Source of the DNA: Lophium mytilinum
Taxonomy: Eukaryota
Direction of reading: 5' to 3'
Assembly (NCBI GenBank): GCA_010093605.1
Contig: MU004191.1
Coordinates: 914,816 to 978,815, forward strand
Length of the DNA: 64,000 bases
The number at the start of each line of letters is the position of its first letter. Position 1 is the stretch's first letter. The notes below the pieces were generated by a model. That model saw nothing but the letters and a program-made list of their open reading frames with translations, was not told the DNA's origin and did no database searches. Shown here one piece after another: positions 39,542 to 52,771 of the stretch. The position numbers and the translations under genes were made by a program.

Positions 39542-40867
39542 TTATGCCACGTGGAGTCTCTTGCCTAGCCGTAACATCCTAGTTCTAAACCAGGTCACAA
39601 AATTGGCCCAGCGGCCTTTCGCCATACGTCGACCAGTAATCGGAGGAGCGGCATGGTTCTCCTTTTCTGGATCAACGGTCGCCACACGGGCCGGAAGTGA
39701 GCGACTGTGGGCGGGTGCGTAGTTCGAGTACTCCTTGCCGGCGACCGACGCAGCCACTTTTTCCTGAGAGGCACTCAACGTACGTTTTTCCGCGGCGTCA
39801 GATTTCCGACGCTGTCGCTCCTCTTGTTTGTACTTCTTCTTGTTCTCTCGATCCGCTTGCTTGGTCGCCTCTTTCTCGGCTTTGGCATCCTTCGCAGCTT
39901 CTTTCTCTTGATATGCTTGACGAGCTGCGCGAATTGAAGCAGCTCGCGAAGCAGGATCTACAGGCGAATCTCGGCCACCACGAATGAAGCCAAAGGCCTT
40001 GTCGAGAGAAGGTCGGGAGCTTGGCGACGCCGTGTCGATGGACTTAAGGGTGTCTCCGCGCGGTCGGGTTTGGGGTGAAGCGATCGATAGACTTGTTTGC
40101 GAATAGCTACCGAGCCTGGTAGAAGATCCCGAAGTTGTCACGCGGAGTGCTTGTGCTTGTGTGGAGGATATTGAGCCAGAGCGCCGGGCGGGGTCAAACA
40201 TGTTTTGCCTATATCTCATCTCTTCATCGGACATGATGTCGTCTGCTTCATCACCATCGCTTCCTATCATCGAGGCTGGAGAAGACTTCGATTTGCTCTG
40301 AGGCGGAGTGTAGGGTCGAGATGTCTGCCGCAGGGGCATGTAGGGAGCGGTCGGGCGCTGCAGACTCGACGAGGTAGAAAACTGGGAGGTGTTGCTGGTG
40401 GAGCGGTTGTGTCTGCTCCGACTGTTGACTGGGGCGAAGCTGACGTCGGAGGCAGTTCGCGAGCTAGCCCCGTATTCGTGGATCCCAAGCCCAGCTAGTC
40501 GTTCATTCTCTGCGGCCGGGCGGGACAGGTCAAGAGAGTTTGAATCTTTTACGGAGAGCTTCCGGAGATAGGGCTTGATCTTGAGAGGATTGGAGGCGGC
40601 CGGGGTGGGACGCGGGGGCTCCCAGGGCTCTTCGTAGGTAGCCCTGGGGGTGTCGAAGCGGTTGAAGTTGTAGCCCGCGAGTTCCGAGCTGGTCTTTGGG
40701 TTGTTGATAGACGAGGCAGAGTTCCCGCGTTTGTGAAGCTTGCCGTGCTGCGACGGCGCATGCGAGCGTGTAGCAGCCATGTTTTTAGGAGTGCTAGAAG
40801 ACGAGATCAAGGGGACATGTCTCGCGGACTTTGGCGGGTCGCTGCTGGAGTGATGTTCGCGGACCAT
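39542..40867 (-). CDS. Uncharacterised Ser-rich protein with a charged coiled-coil and basic amphipathic C-terminus
   Basis: 441-codon ORF; KIKPYLRKLS, RAASIRAARQAYQEKEAAKDAK, GRWANFVTWFRTRMLRL; true start may be the Met at 40780. Confidence 0.75.
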   Translation of the reverse strand: MVREHHSSSDPPKSARHVPLISSSSTPKNMAATRSHAPSQHGKLHKRGNSASSINNPKTSSELAGYNFNRFDTPRATYEEPWEPPRPTPAASNPLKIKPYLRKLSVKDSNSLDLSRPAAENERLAGLGIHEYGASSRTASDVSFAPVNSRSRHNRSTSNTSQFSTSSSLQRPTAPYMPLRQTSRPYTPPQSKSKSSPASMIGSDGDEADDIMSDEEMRYRQNMFDPARRSGSISSTQAQALRVTTSGSSTRLGSYSQTSLSIASPQTRPRGDTLKSIDTASPSSRPSLDKAFGFIRGGRDSPVDPASRAASIRAARQAYQEKEAAKDAKAEKEATKQADRENKKKYKQEERQRRKSDAAEKRTLSASQEKVAASVAGKEYSNYAPAHSRSLPARVATVDPEKENHAAPPITGRRMAKGRWANFVTWFRTRMLRLGKRLHVA

Positions 40868-41634
40868 AGCTCAGTTAGGTAGGTTGCGGGGAGCGGCGGC
40901 AGTGGCATCACCAGGGTAACATGGTGTGAGGTGGTGGTGTGCGGGAAGGGAGGCGACAAGTCTTTGAAGAGGGCTAGCGGAAGTCTCGGAGGCTTTGTAG
41001 AGAAGGCAGGCTCAGGCTTCGCAAAGATGCGTAGACGGTGGTAGGCGGCCGAAGTGGCTTTGAGGGCGTTGGCAGCTGGAGCAGCGGGCTTTGATCGAGG
41101 CTGCGCAGGGCCAACGTCAACACTGGGGGCTCAGGCGGATGACTGCAGCTGAGGGCACACTCGCGGCAGACAGCAGGCGGCGACGGAACAATATAGCTGC
41201 TGGATAGCTGCTAAATATGAAACAGGACGGTGAGGGGAAAGAGGTGGTGAAGTTGGGGTCGGCGATAGAGACGGGCAGCCCTTCACTCTAATCGGCGCCG
41301 GCCTTGCATTTGCTCTTCAACCCTCTACAAACAGGCGGCCTGGGCTCTCGTCTCCACCCGGACTAAGGTGCATTATGGCATGCTTCCGCTATTTGCAATT
41401 GCCTACGCGGCCAATTTGGCTTCACTCGGCACATGTCGCTCTCATGATAATGGATAATGATATGCTGCGAGGTCCAGCCCGCCCGGGGCGCGCAAGATCA
41501 AGCACATTCAAAGCACGTTGGAGAAGTAAATTGGGGTATCATATTGTGTTTGTGATTAAGGCTTCCTAGTCATTGTGAAGCCGCTCAGATTTACCGAGAT
41601 TGATCAGTTCTGCGAACTGCTGAACTCCCTGTCC

Positions 41635-42188
41635 TCACTGCTCTATGGGTGGACGGTCATCCTCTTCGTGAACCTGGCCATGATTGCCGGTGACTGAAAT
41701 ATTGTTAGAAGTAAACCCCAATTACATTTAAAGCTTACTTACCATTATCATTACCAGTTAGAGGGAGCTAGACTCGTGGGCGTTTAGCGGAAGACTTGCC
41801 GTCTAAAGGTTGTTAGAAGCAGACTTAACGCACATGCACAATAAAACTTACCGGCACTAAACTTGTATCCCGCTTGGACCAAGTCCTCTACCCAATGCAT
41901 CCTAGCCTAAGTCTAAAGCAAAGTTAGAAATGGCTTAAAGTATACTTAGAACATGCTTACTTCAGCCTTCTCCGCCTTATTAACCTTAAGCGCCATTACA
42001 TATTACATCGCTTCCTTCTTATAGCCTTCCCAGCTAAACCTATTAAAGGCTTTAACTCCCTTTATTGCCTCGGTAACAAGGGCTGCTAATATAGTTGGGT
42101 GGCGGGCTCGGACTAGGGTTTTACATAACGCTAAGGGGCCGGGATAGTGGCGACCACAGCACAGGCGGCCCGGGTCTTTTTCCGCCAT
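41635..42188 (-). pseudogene. Four-exon small gene inactivated by RIP-type nonsense changes
   Basis: Three canonical GTAAG..CTAAC..YAG introns; spliced frame MAEKDPGRLCCG...KKEAM*YVMALKVNKAEKAE/T*ARMHWVEDLVQAGYKFSA/DGKSSAKRPRV*LPLTGNDN/VTGNHGQVHEEDDRPPIEQ*; internal stops are TAA/TAG, reachable by single RIP transitions. Confidence 0.75.
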
Positions 42189-42869
42189 AATTGGGTGTTG
42201 CTCTAAAGGTTGCTTAATAGTTGCTTAATAAAAAATTAATAGAAATTAACAGAATAGATAGTAGATTGCCCGAAAGTAAGGTAAAAAGGTAATAGTGCAA
42301 GGTTAGCTTAAGCGGGGTAAAGAAGCACGCAAACCGCGCTAGCCGCGCTAGCGGCTTAACTTTAGTATTGGCGCGGCGTTTAAGCAGGTAGAAGTGCTAA
42401 CAGGCTCGTGCACGCTACTAGCTTATATACGCTCTTTCTAGTAAAATTAAATTATATAGTAATACTCTAATAAGCTAGAATTTTTTAAGTAGTATAAAGT
42501 ATACTAGAATATTAAAAAAGGGAACTAGTAATACTATACTAGGTTTCTTCTCTATATATACTATATAATTTCTCTATATATACTTTTCTTCTATTTAATT
42601 TTTTAATTAGCTTAAAGAGCTTAAATTACTACTCTAGTACTTATATATTTATATTTTATAGTAAAGCTATATAGCCTTTCTATTTTCTTATTTAAATCTA
42701 TATATAAAGCTATACTTATAGTAAAACTATATAGTATATTTATTTTAGTATATATACTATTTATTTTCTAATAGTAGCTTATAAATAATAGTAGCCTTTA
42801 AATAATAGTAGCTAATAAACTATAGTAGCTAGTAGACTATAGTAATTTATAAAGTAATAGTAGCCTAGA

Positions 42870-42980
42870 AGCTATTATAGATAATACTATTATAAACTAT
42901 ATTATTATAGATAAAGCTATTATAAATAAAGCTATTATAAATAAAGCTATTATAATTAAAGCTATTATAGATAAAGCTTT
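42870..42980. repeat. 15-bp tandem repeat (ataaagctattataa), about 5 copies plus degenerate ones
   Basis: Units at 42911, 42926, 42941, 42956 and 42971 (partial). Confidence 0.8.
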
Positions 42981-43112
42981 TCTTAATACTAGTATTAAAG
43001 AAAAAGTAAAGTAGAAGTTTATAACTAGTAGTATATAGAAATACTAATATAGTTAATAAAGAAAATAAAGAAAATAAAGAAGAAAAAAAAAATAAGTAGA
43101 AGAGGTTATTAA

Positions 43113-46100
43113 TGTTATAGCTATAATATAACTTCTATTATAATATATTCCTAATATATATAATAGCGTTACGTGCCCTCTAGCACGTAATTACTGTTAT
43201 ATAACTAGGCTTAGCGCCAGCCTTACCTACCTCTTAGCTAGCGCTCCGCGCCCTTCTCTCTCTCTTATAGCTACTTTATCTATATATACTAATATTAGGT
43301 CTTCTCTTATAATCTACTATTATACTATAATATAAAGTAGCTACTTTTCTAGCTTCTAGAAGTTTTTAGAAGTACTTTTTTCTACCTACCTACCTACCTA
43401 TATATATACCCAGCTAATTTAATAGGCTAAAATTTTAATATATAAACCTAATACCCTCTATATTAATATAAGGGAGGCTTAAAAGAAGGCTCTATAACCT
43501 TATAGTAAGGACTCTATATACCCCGCTAATTAGAGGCGCGCAGGCCCTATATACCTACTTACTATTACACGCAACTAACTAATATAAGCGCAGTTACTTT
43601 CTACTAATAGAGTAAGAACTATATATACTCTATTAGTAATAGGCTAGCGCGTAGGCCCTATATATTTACTTACTACTATTACGCGCAACTAACTAGTCTA
43701 TGCATAGTTATTCTATTTTTATTTACTAATTAAAGGCAGCTACTAAGTATAGCACTAGCCGCCTTAGAAAGCACGCCTACTTTTAAGCTTTTATAGAGGA
43801 CCTATACTCTCTACCTTATACTAACCTTTCTTATTAGATAGTTAATAAACGCTTACTAGTAAAGATATAAATAATACTTCTAAGACTAGCTATACTAAGC
43901 TATAGTAGGAAAACTCTAACCCTATATAGTATAGCTATACTAAGCACGCAGCCTATAGGTTTACCTCCCGGCGGTAAAGCTAATAAGCGTCTAGTTATTC
44001 TTACTTATACTCCTATTCTTTCTTTTAACTTGCAAGCTACTTAATCTACTTTCGCGTTTAACTCTTAGAAGGCGCATAAGCTTAATTATAGAGAAAAGGA
44101 AGCCGCCTATAAAATAGGCGGCGGAGGAGTATTATAATACTAACTAACTATAACCCCGGAAGCTCTTACTACGCGCGCTAAGAAATTTAGTAATCTAGAA
44201 CTAGACGTTTACCTCCTACTAAATTAATTTAGCACTAACCTACTATAGAGCTAAGCCTATTATAACCTAGCTAATTCTACTAAGTAGAATACTAATAATA
44301 ACGCCTACGCAAATAAGAATAAAAGTAAAGTTAAAGCTAAAGATAAAGAAGCCTTTAAGTTATTTACTAAGATATCTATACCTTAAGCTGTTTAATTTAC
44401 TAAACCCCTTATTAACCTAACTATTCTATTCTCCTCCTAAATTCTAATTACCTTAGTGGACTAGGTTATTACCTCTACTACTAATACTATCGCAATTCTA
44501 AATATCTACCCTACCTAGAAACAATCTAATATAGCTAACGCAGGCGCTAGTTCTACTAGAGCTAGCGGCCAACTACCTAATTATTAATAGTCCCTCCTTA
44601 TAGATAATAAGAACGGTATAGTCTTTATTATTAACTAAGCTAGTAATAGCTAATCTATTAATATTACTATTAATAACACAGAAGAGCTTTATAATATAGC
44701 TTAAGATAAATATATTAGTATTTACGCTATACTACTTAACTGCCGCTAAGAACTAGGCAAGTTATATAAAGATGTTAGAAATATAGTAGTAGCTATTTAA
44801 TAGAAAAATAATAAGATTATATAACTTTAAGAATAATAAGGCGCATAAAATAGTATTATAATTAATAACCTTAAAGACTAAGCCGCTAAGCTCTATTATT
44901 AAGTAGCTAAGATATATACTAACGCTAAGAACTTTACTAATAAACGCGATAGTCTTACTAAGCAGCTAGAAGATAAGCGCAAGAAAACTAATACTTAGAC
45001 TATTCTTAACGCTAAGCTCTATATTAAAGTTAAAGGCCTTACTACTAAAGTAGCTAAAGTTACTTTTTACTATAATTACTACTAATAGTAGCGCAATACC
45101 TTCCGCGCATAAGGTATAGAGTATAAGAAGAAATATTAGTAGGCTATATAATAATAGCCCTAAGCGCGCTCTTAATAAGATAACGCAGCTAACTATAGTA
45201 ACTATAGCTATATTTCTAATAAAGGTAATAGCAATAATCCTTCTAACTATAATTACTTTACCTAGCCCGATTTCTTATATAATTTAAACGCCTAACTTAC
45301 TACTAGTCTATACTAGCCCTATACTAAGTTCTATAACCTTTAGAAGTTTAAAGAACGCAATAATATATTAAAGTATAAATTATAGAAGGCTTACGCCTAT
45401 ACTATATTCTAGAATAAACCTTAAGATTTCCGTAATAAGTAAGCTAAGCTTAAGTACATTAAATTATACTGCGTTAGATACGCTAAAAGCATTATATATA
45501 GCTGTACCTAATAGGACCGCCCTATAAGCAATAACTTTAAAATAATTAAAGAAATATTTAAGGTAATAGACCTATACTTTATAATTAATAATAAAGCTAT
45601 AGCTATAAATAATAAGCTCTATAGCTAATAGGCGTATATAAAATATAATAAGAAATAGACTATATTTCTTCTTTAGTTCTAGAAGATAGTATCTATAAAC
45701 TCTAATAAGAATATAGACTTTATTAAATAAAAAGAATAGCTTAAGCGCCTTATTACCCCTAAACTCTAGAGTTAGGTCTTTAGCGCCGCTAACAACTATA
45801 CGTTCTAGCTAGAACTTATTAGCGCTATTAACCGTGCAGTCTTATATTTTGCTAGTAAGCGTAAATATGCCTGCAAATAGCGACGCACTAATAGCCCTTT
45901 CTAAAATAATAGTAATAGATCCGCATATACTAATAAGCTATTTAGTAAGAAATCTAATTATAGCTTCTAGAATTTTAACTATAACTCTAAGACGTCTTTA
46001 TTATACTCTATTATAGATAATAGCTTACGCTGCTATAACTATAATAGTAATATACGCCGCATTTATCTCTCTTCTATAGTAACTAAAGTATTAAGTAAAT

Positions 46101-49100
46101 AGACTTAAGAGGTCTACTATAATTACCTTAAGATAGAATATTATGCATTAGACCGCAACTATCCTTATATAAAAAACGCCCCTCCCTCTAAGAAAATAGT
46201 TTAATAACGTCTTACCCGTTTCTAGAAAGAACTAGACCTAAAGCTCTCTATAATCTACTATATAGATAATTCCGCATCTAATATTAAGCTTAGTAACGCC
46301 CTAGCTGCTGTTAACTATAATAGTAGTAATAATAACGCTACTTATAATAATTAAGACTCGTCTAATAGTAAGAATTTTCCCTAGGCTCTAACTATAGTTA
46401 TAGTTAGAGTCTAGTAAAGATTTATCTAAGTATACTAGTTACCCGCATTTACAAGCTAGAGCGACTACCTTCTAAGCTAGATAAACTCCGGCTCTCTACT
46501 TGCGCAGTTAATTCCTCTAAGAAAGTTACGTAAGGTAAGTAGCTTAACTTTAAGTGTAAAATCTATACTACTATAAGCGCTATTAATAGTAGATATCTAA
46601 TAGACACCAGTTACTTATACTTAGTATTTATATTATAAATATTTATAAAAGCTTATAAGCTTATAACTATTATAATTACTAAGCTAATACTACTATAGCT
46701 TACTAATAGCCGCTCTATGCTAATAGTTACGCATAAAGCTTAAATTACACTATTACTTAGAGCCTATATTAAATATCTATAGTACTATATTACTAACCTT
46801 TAGGGCTATAATATTATTCTTAGTATACTCTAGTTTAAGCACTATAAACCCCGTTCTATATAGAGAGAGCATATACTAGATTTTAACTCTAACTACTATA
46901 TAAGCAACTATCTATATATAGACGGCTGCCGATATATCTAGAGTAATAGCTGCAACTAAAATATTACTTATAAAGGAAAAAAGCTATATAATAGCGCCCT
47001 ATATAAAATTATTAACTATTACTATAAGCTTAGCCTAGACCTAGCTAAAGCTAATAACTTTCTTACTAAATGCTAGAAGCTTACCCGCGAAGGTAAGAAG
47101 AACGCTATTATTTAACTTTAGAATAATAACTTTAATAAGCTTAATGCCTATAAGAATAAGGCTACTTATACTATAGCTAATAATCCCGCTCTCTATAGGC
47201 TTACTAAGCTTAATAATACTTTAGCTGCGGAACAAGCCGCATTTACGTCTAACCTATTTATAATTAACCTAGCTAACTATAGAAAGTTCTTTAATAAAAT
47301 AAATAGGCCTTCTATTACTAATAAAGAGATTAAGTAGCTTCTTCTAGATTAGCTTTACTATCTCTATAACGCCTAGAACCCCCGCGCGGCTAATATATTG
47401 CCCTCTTACTATAATATAGATTACGTAATTAACCTCTAATCTAATAGTAAGCCACCCGTATAGAAGGTCTATAGCCTCTCTAGAGACTAAGCCGCCGTTA
47501 TAAAGGTATTTATTAATAAAATGCGCTTAAAAGGCTTTATTTAACTAAGCTTATTCTTCTTTACTACCCTAATACTTATTATTAAGAAACCTAGAGGCGG
47601 TCTTTATATCTATATAGACTATAGAGAACTAAATAATATTATAATTAAGAGCTATAATATGCTACCTCTTATTAAAGATACGCTTATACTACTAGCTAAA
47701 GCTAAATTCTATACTAAGCTAGATATTATTAGCGCTTTTAACACTCTATGTATTAAAGAGGGCAATAAGTATAAAATAGTATTCCTAATATAATAGGGCC
47801 TATTTAAATTTATAGTCCTTCTATTTAGCCTATACAACGCCCCTAGTTTATTTTAAGCCTATATTAATAATATACTCTATAAGAATCTTAACTACTACTA
47901 TATAGCCTATATAGATAATATACTTATATTTAGTAATAGCCTTAAAGAATATAAAAAGTATATTATTTCTATAGTTACGCGACTAAAAGACGCTGGCCTC
48001 TTTCTAGACATTTATAAATCTAAATTTACTATCTAAGAAGTTAAGTATTTAGGCGTTATTATAGGCGTTAATAGTATTTATATAGACCCTTATAAAGTCT
48101 AAATAGTGCTTAACTAGCCTATACTAAGAAATCTAAAAGATATATAAGCTTTTCTTAGTTTCTATAACTTCTATTACTATTTTATTACTAGATATTCTAA
48201 GTTTACCGCTCCCCTCTCTATACTTATATTCTTAGCTAGAAAGTTATTTAAATTCCCTTAGAAAGACAATAGAGATAAAGCATAAGTATTTACCCAAATT
48301 AAGAAGTGTTTCTAAAACGCCCCTTAGCTAGCCTTATAGAATCTAGACTATAAAATATAGATTAAGTATAATTCCTTAGATTATATAGTAGCCGCGGTAT
48401 TATTATAAATCTAACTAAACGGTACTCTACAGCCTATTACCTTTATATTATAATAGATAACGCCGTAGTAGATTAATTATACTATCTATAATAAAGAACT
48501 ACTCGCTATTATTCTAGTATTTAAAGACTAGCGCCTAGAGCTTACTAGCTAGGGATAGAAATATAGTAGTTCTATTAACATTATCTCTAATTATAAGAAT
48601 CTTTAGATATTTATAACTACTAAATAACTTAACTATTATTAAGCCTAATAGGCTAAGTTCTTAGCTAAATTTAACTTTAAAATTATATACAAGCCCGGCA
48701 AGCTTAATAATAAGCTAGATCTTCTTACTAGGCGACCTAGTAATAAGCCCTCTAAAGGTAACGCTCGCTATAAATATTAAGAGTAAGTTATACTTAAGCC
48801 TACTAATTATAAGCCTAATATATATTACGCTATTAACCTAGCCTATATACTTACTAATAACGCCCTAGAATATATAGTAATAGACCTAGCCTCTATACTT
48901 TATAACCTTAGCGAATTTAATTAACCTAAATACACTAATAAGCTTTAACTCGCAGTTACGCGTACTAGACGGATGTAATTATAACTAGAGCCCCTAGATA
49001 AGATAAAGAATTCTAGAACTACCTCTATAGTAAGAGATAAGATAAAGAATTCTCCCGCTAATAATAGATAAGCTTTTAATGCTAAGCTATATAACGCATT

Positions 49101-51388
49101 AAAGCTAGTCCTAATAAGTAATTAAATTCTATACTAAGTTAAGAAAGCTTTTTAAGCTAATTCTATTATATAAGCAGTTAAATACGCTAAGCGCCGCAAT
49201 AAGTAATAACTACTAGCTTAATTCTATCGTAACTATTACCTATAAATTAAGCTTAGTAATTATAATATTATTAATAATTTTCTCTATATTTATAAGAAGC
49301 TCTATATTCTAGCTATACTAAAATTATATACTATAATTATCCGTTCTATATATAAACCTAAACTAGCTAGTTATATAGAAACTACCTCTATATATACTAG
49401 GTTAAGTAACTACTATTACTAGCCTCTTATAACCTCTAACGTTAATTAGTATATAGGCGCTTATATAACCTATCGCCGCTTATAGCACTCTAGAGAAGGT
49501 AAGTAAGGCCTTCTTTACCTACTACTAATTCTACATTACTACTAGTATAATATCTTAGTTAATTTTATTAGACCGCTGCCCATTTATAAATAATAGGGCA
49601 GGAAATATAAGTATATTATAGTTATAGTAGATTAACTATCTAAGAAGAGAAAGTTTATCCCGCTTAATTCTATAGAAGTTAAGCTAGTTATCTAAGTATT
49701 TATTAAATAGGTCTAGCGTAAGAAAGGCTATCTATATACTATTATATCTAATTAAGGCGTATAGTTTATATTACACTTCTAGAAACGCCTCTACGCCTAT
49801 ATTAGCACCTTACCTAAGTTATTCTTATTATTTTACCTAGAAATAGACGGCTAGACTAAAATCGCGAATATAGCTTTAAAATAATACCTGCGAGCCTATA
49901 TTAATTATAAACAGGATAATTAGGTAGACCTTCTACCTATAGCTAAGTTTAAAGCTAATTATAATAAGATAATAATAGGCGTATTACTATTTATAGCAAC
50001 TAAAGGCTATAATCTACATTTAGAACTTAAGCCTGCTAATAATAGTATTAAACTAAAAGGGCCCTAGAAGTCCTTATAAAAGAAAGCTAACGTACTTACT
50101 AAACGCATTAACTATTTATAACTATTTCTTTATAATAAACTTATATAGGTATAAGCTCGCTAAGCTTACTACGTAAATCTTAAATATAAACCCGCGCCCG
50201 AGCTTAAAATAGAAGATAAAGTTATGCTTAATGTATAAAATATTAAGACCCAGCGCCTAAATAAGTCCTTAGACTATAAGTAACTAGAACTCTATAAGAT
50301 TACGCGCGTTATTAATAATAGTGCCTATAAGCTTACCTTACCGCGAACTATAAAAGAACTATTTAACGTCTTCTATCTATAGCTACTTTATAGAGTTACT
50401 TATAAACTACTTAAAGAATAGATATATAATAAGCCCGGCCTAGTTAAAGTTAATAAAGAAGGGTTTAAGTAATAGGACATTAATAATATTATTAACTTAT
50501 ATATTAATAAAGTAATAGTTAATCTAGCTATAAGCCTTAAAGGACTTCTCTAATATAAAATTAGATATACTAGTTACCTAGACTAGAATACTAAACCTAA
50601 GTAGAAGTTATATAAAAGTATATTTAATTACTATAATATTATAATAGACTACTATTATTAATACCCTAACGCCGCTAGACCTTATAAGTCTTTTAAGAAA
50701 CCTAAGTACTAGAAACCTCTACTAGCTATAATTATATTAAGACTATAGAAGTAGACCTTAAGCTAGATATTACTAAAGCTAATTAGCGCTAGCTAGCTAA
50801 GTAATTGCCAACTTCTCTAGTTAGAAGACGCTAACCTAGCGGACTGCTAGATAATAGGTAATATAAAGGTTTATAAGTTTAAACTTCTATACTAATTTAT
50901 ATTATACCCGCACAGTACCTATAGGTTATAATATCTATAGTTTATAATACTAATAGTTTATAATACTATATAAAAGACTAAAGGGTTATAGAGAATTATA
51001 GTAAGACTATATAATTAATAGAAAGACTAATTATAGAAGAACTAATTAAAAAAGAACTAATTAAGAAAGGACTAATTAGAAAGTAGTACTTGTGTATAGT
51101 AAGTATAAAATAGAAAGGCTAAAGTATAATAGAAGCTCTATATATAGTTTCTTTTAGAGGGGGGGTAGTATTATAGCTATAACGCGACTTCTATTATAAT
51201 ACGTTTCTAATATATATAATAGTATTACGTGCCCTCTAGCACGTAATTACTATTATATAACTAGGCTTAGCGCCAGCCTCGCCTACCTCTCGGCCGGCGC
51301 TCCGCGCCCTTCTCTCTCTCTTATAGCTACTTTGTCTATATATACTAATATTAGGTCTTCTCTTACAATCCGCTATTATACTATAATA
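43113..51388 (+). mobile_element. Ty3/gypsy LTR retrotransposon 2, full length, RIP-inactivated
   Basis: 220-bp LTRs at 43113-43332 and 51169-51388; TSD attaa; PPT agaggggggg before the 3' LTR; RT AYID[D]ILIF about 47905; NY[T]IY[D]KELL about 48475; integrase [H]PE[T]DG[Q]T[E] about 49835. Confidence 0.95.
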
Positions 51389-52342
51389 ATTAATAATAAG
51401 GCTTTCTAAAACCTATAGAATACTTATCTATAGTTCTATAGAATACCTTTTATATTTAGTAGATAGCTTCTATATAAAGCTATTAAAAATAGTAGCTTTT
51501 ATATAGTTATAAAATAGTTATAAAGTAGCTATTATTATTATCTTTAAAAGCTAAAAAATACTCTAGAAAAGTTAATAGCTTTTAATAGTAGAAGCCTTAA
51601 GCTAGAGCTTTTATATAAATAGAAGCTAATAAAGCTATTAGTAGAAATAAGGCTATTAATAAGAAGCTTATTAATAATATATAGCTAGATAATAATAGCT
51701 TAATAATAAAAAGCTTAATAGATATAGAATAGTAGCTAGTAAGTCTAGTATTAAAAGATTTAATAGATCTAGTTATTAGTAGCCTATAAGGCTATTAGCT
51801 AGTAGTTAGTAGATACTAAGCTACTAAATAGTATAAAAAATAGTAGAAAAGAAAAGTATTTTATTAGGCTAAAGCTATTTTATAGTTTTAAAAACTATAA
51901 TAACTAAAGCTAATACTTATATATTATATATAGTTATCTATAACCTCTATATAAGTATTATTAAGTATAAATATCTATAATTATAATAAGTATTAGCTAA
52001 ATAGTAAATAGCTATTTAGTATTAGCCTAGTTTTATATTAATTTAAAATATAAGTATTAAAAAGCTATTTATTATTATTTAAAAGATAAAGTATATAGAT
52101 AATATTAGTCTATAATATAGTACTATTAACTTTTATCTATATTAAATTATACTTTAAACTACTTTATTAGTTAAGAATTTTACTTTATAATTTAAATAGA
52201 TATATTATTAGAGCTTAAAGTTAGAATATTAGATTAAATAGTATTAATATTAATAAAAGATAAATATAAAAGGGAAAGAGGTTTCTAAAATAGATATTAT
52301 AATAATCTAAAGAGTAGAGTAATATTTATTTATTCTATAGAG

Positions 52343-52733
52343 TGTTATATTATTTCTTAGTATTCTCTTAGTAGTTATTAAGGTTAGGGGTTATTATATA
52401 TATAGACGTTACGTAATCTCTAGGCTAAGAGTTCTTCTAGCGCCTAGGGTTCTACCGGCGCGCATATAACTATATAGCAGGCCTATAGCTAAAGCCTCTC
52501 TCCTCTCTACGCAACCTTATTAATAGAAATATAACTTCTTTCTAGCTATAAGCCTAATACTAGGTTGCATTATTCTTTAAAACCTAGAAATATAGAAATA
52601 TAGAAACCTTAATTTCTTTTTACACGGCTATACTACTATATGCGCGCGCACCTATATAGGTACTACTACTAGCTTTAAAATTTAGCTATATAGTTACTTA
52701 ATTACTAACCTTAAAACTAATACGTTTCCTTTT

Positions 52734-52771
<38 letters not shown>

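Noticed and set aside
45834..46016. 60-aa ORF
   Set aside because: Chance open frame within the RIPped gag region of gypsy element 2
52732..52771. TTAC run as a Starship target site or telomeric repeat
   Set aside because: It lies inside the leader of gypsy element 3, is not TTAGGG, and marks no element boundary
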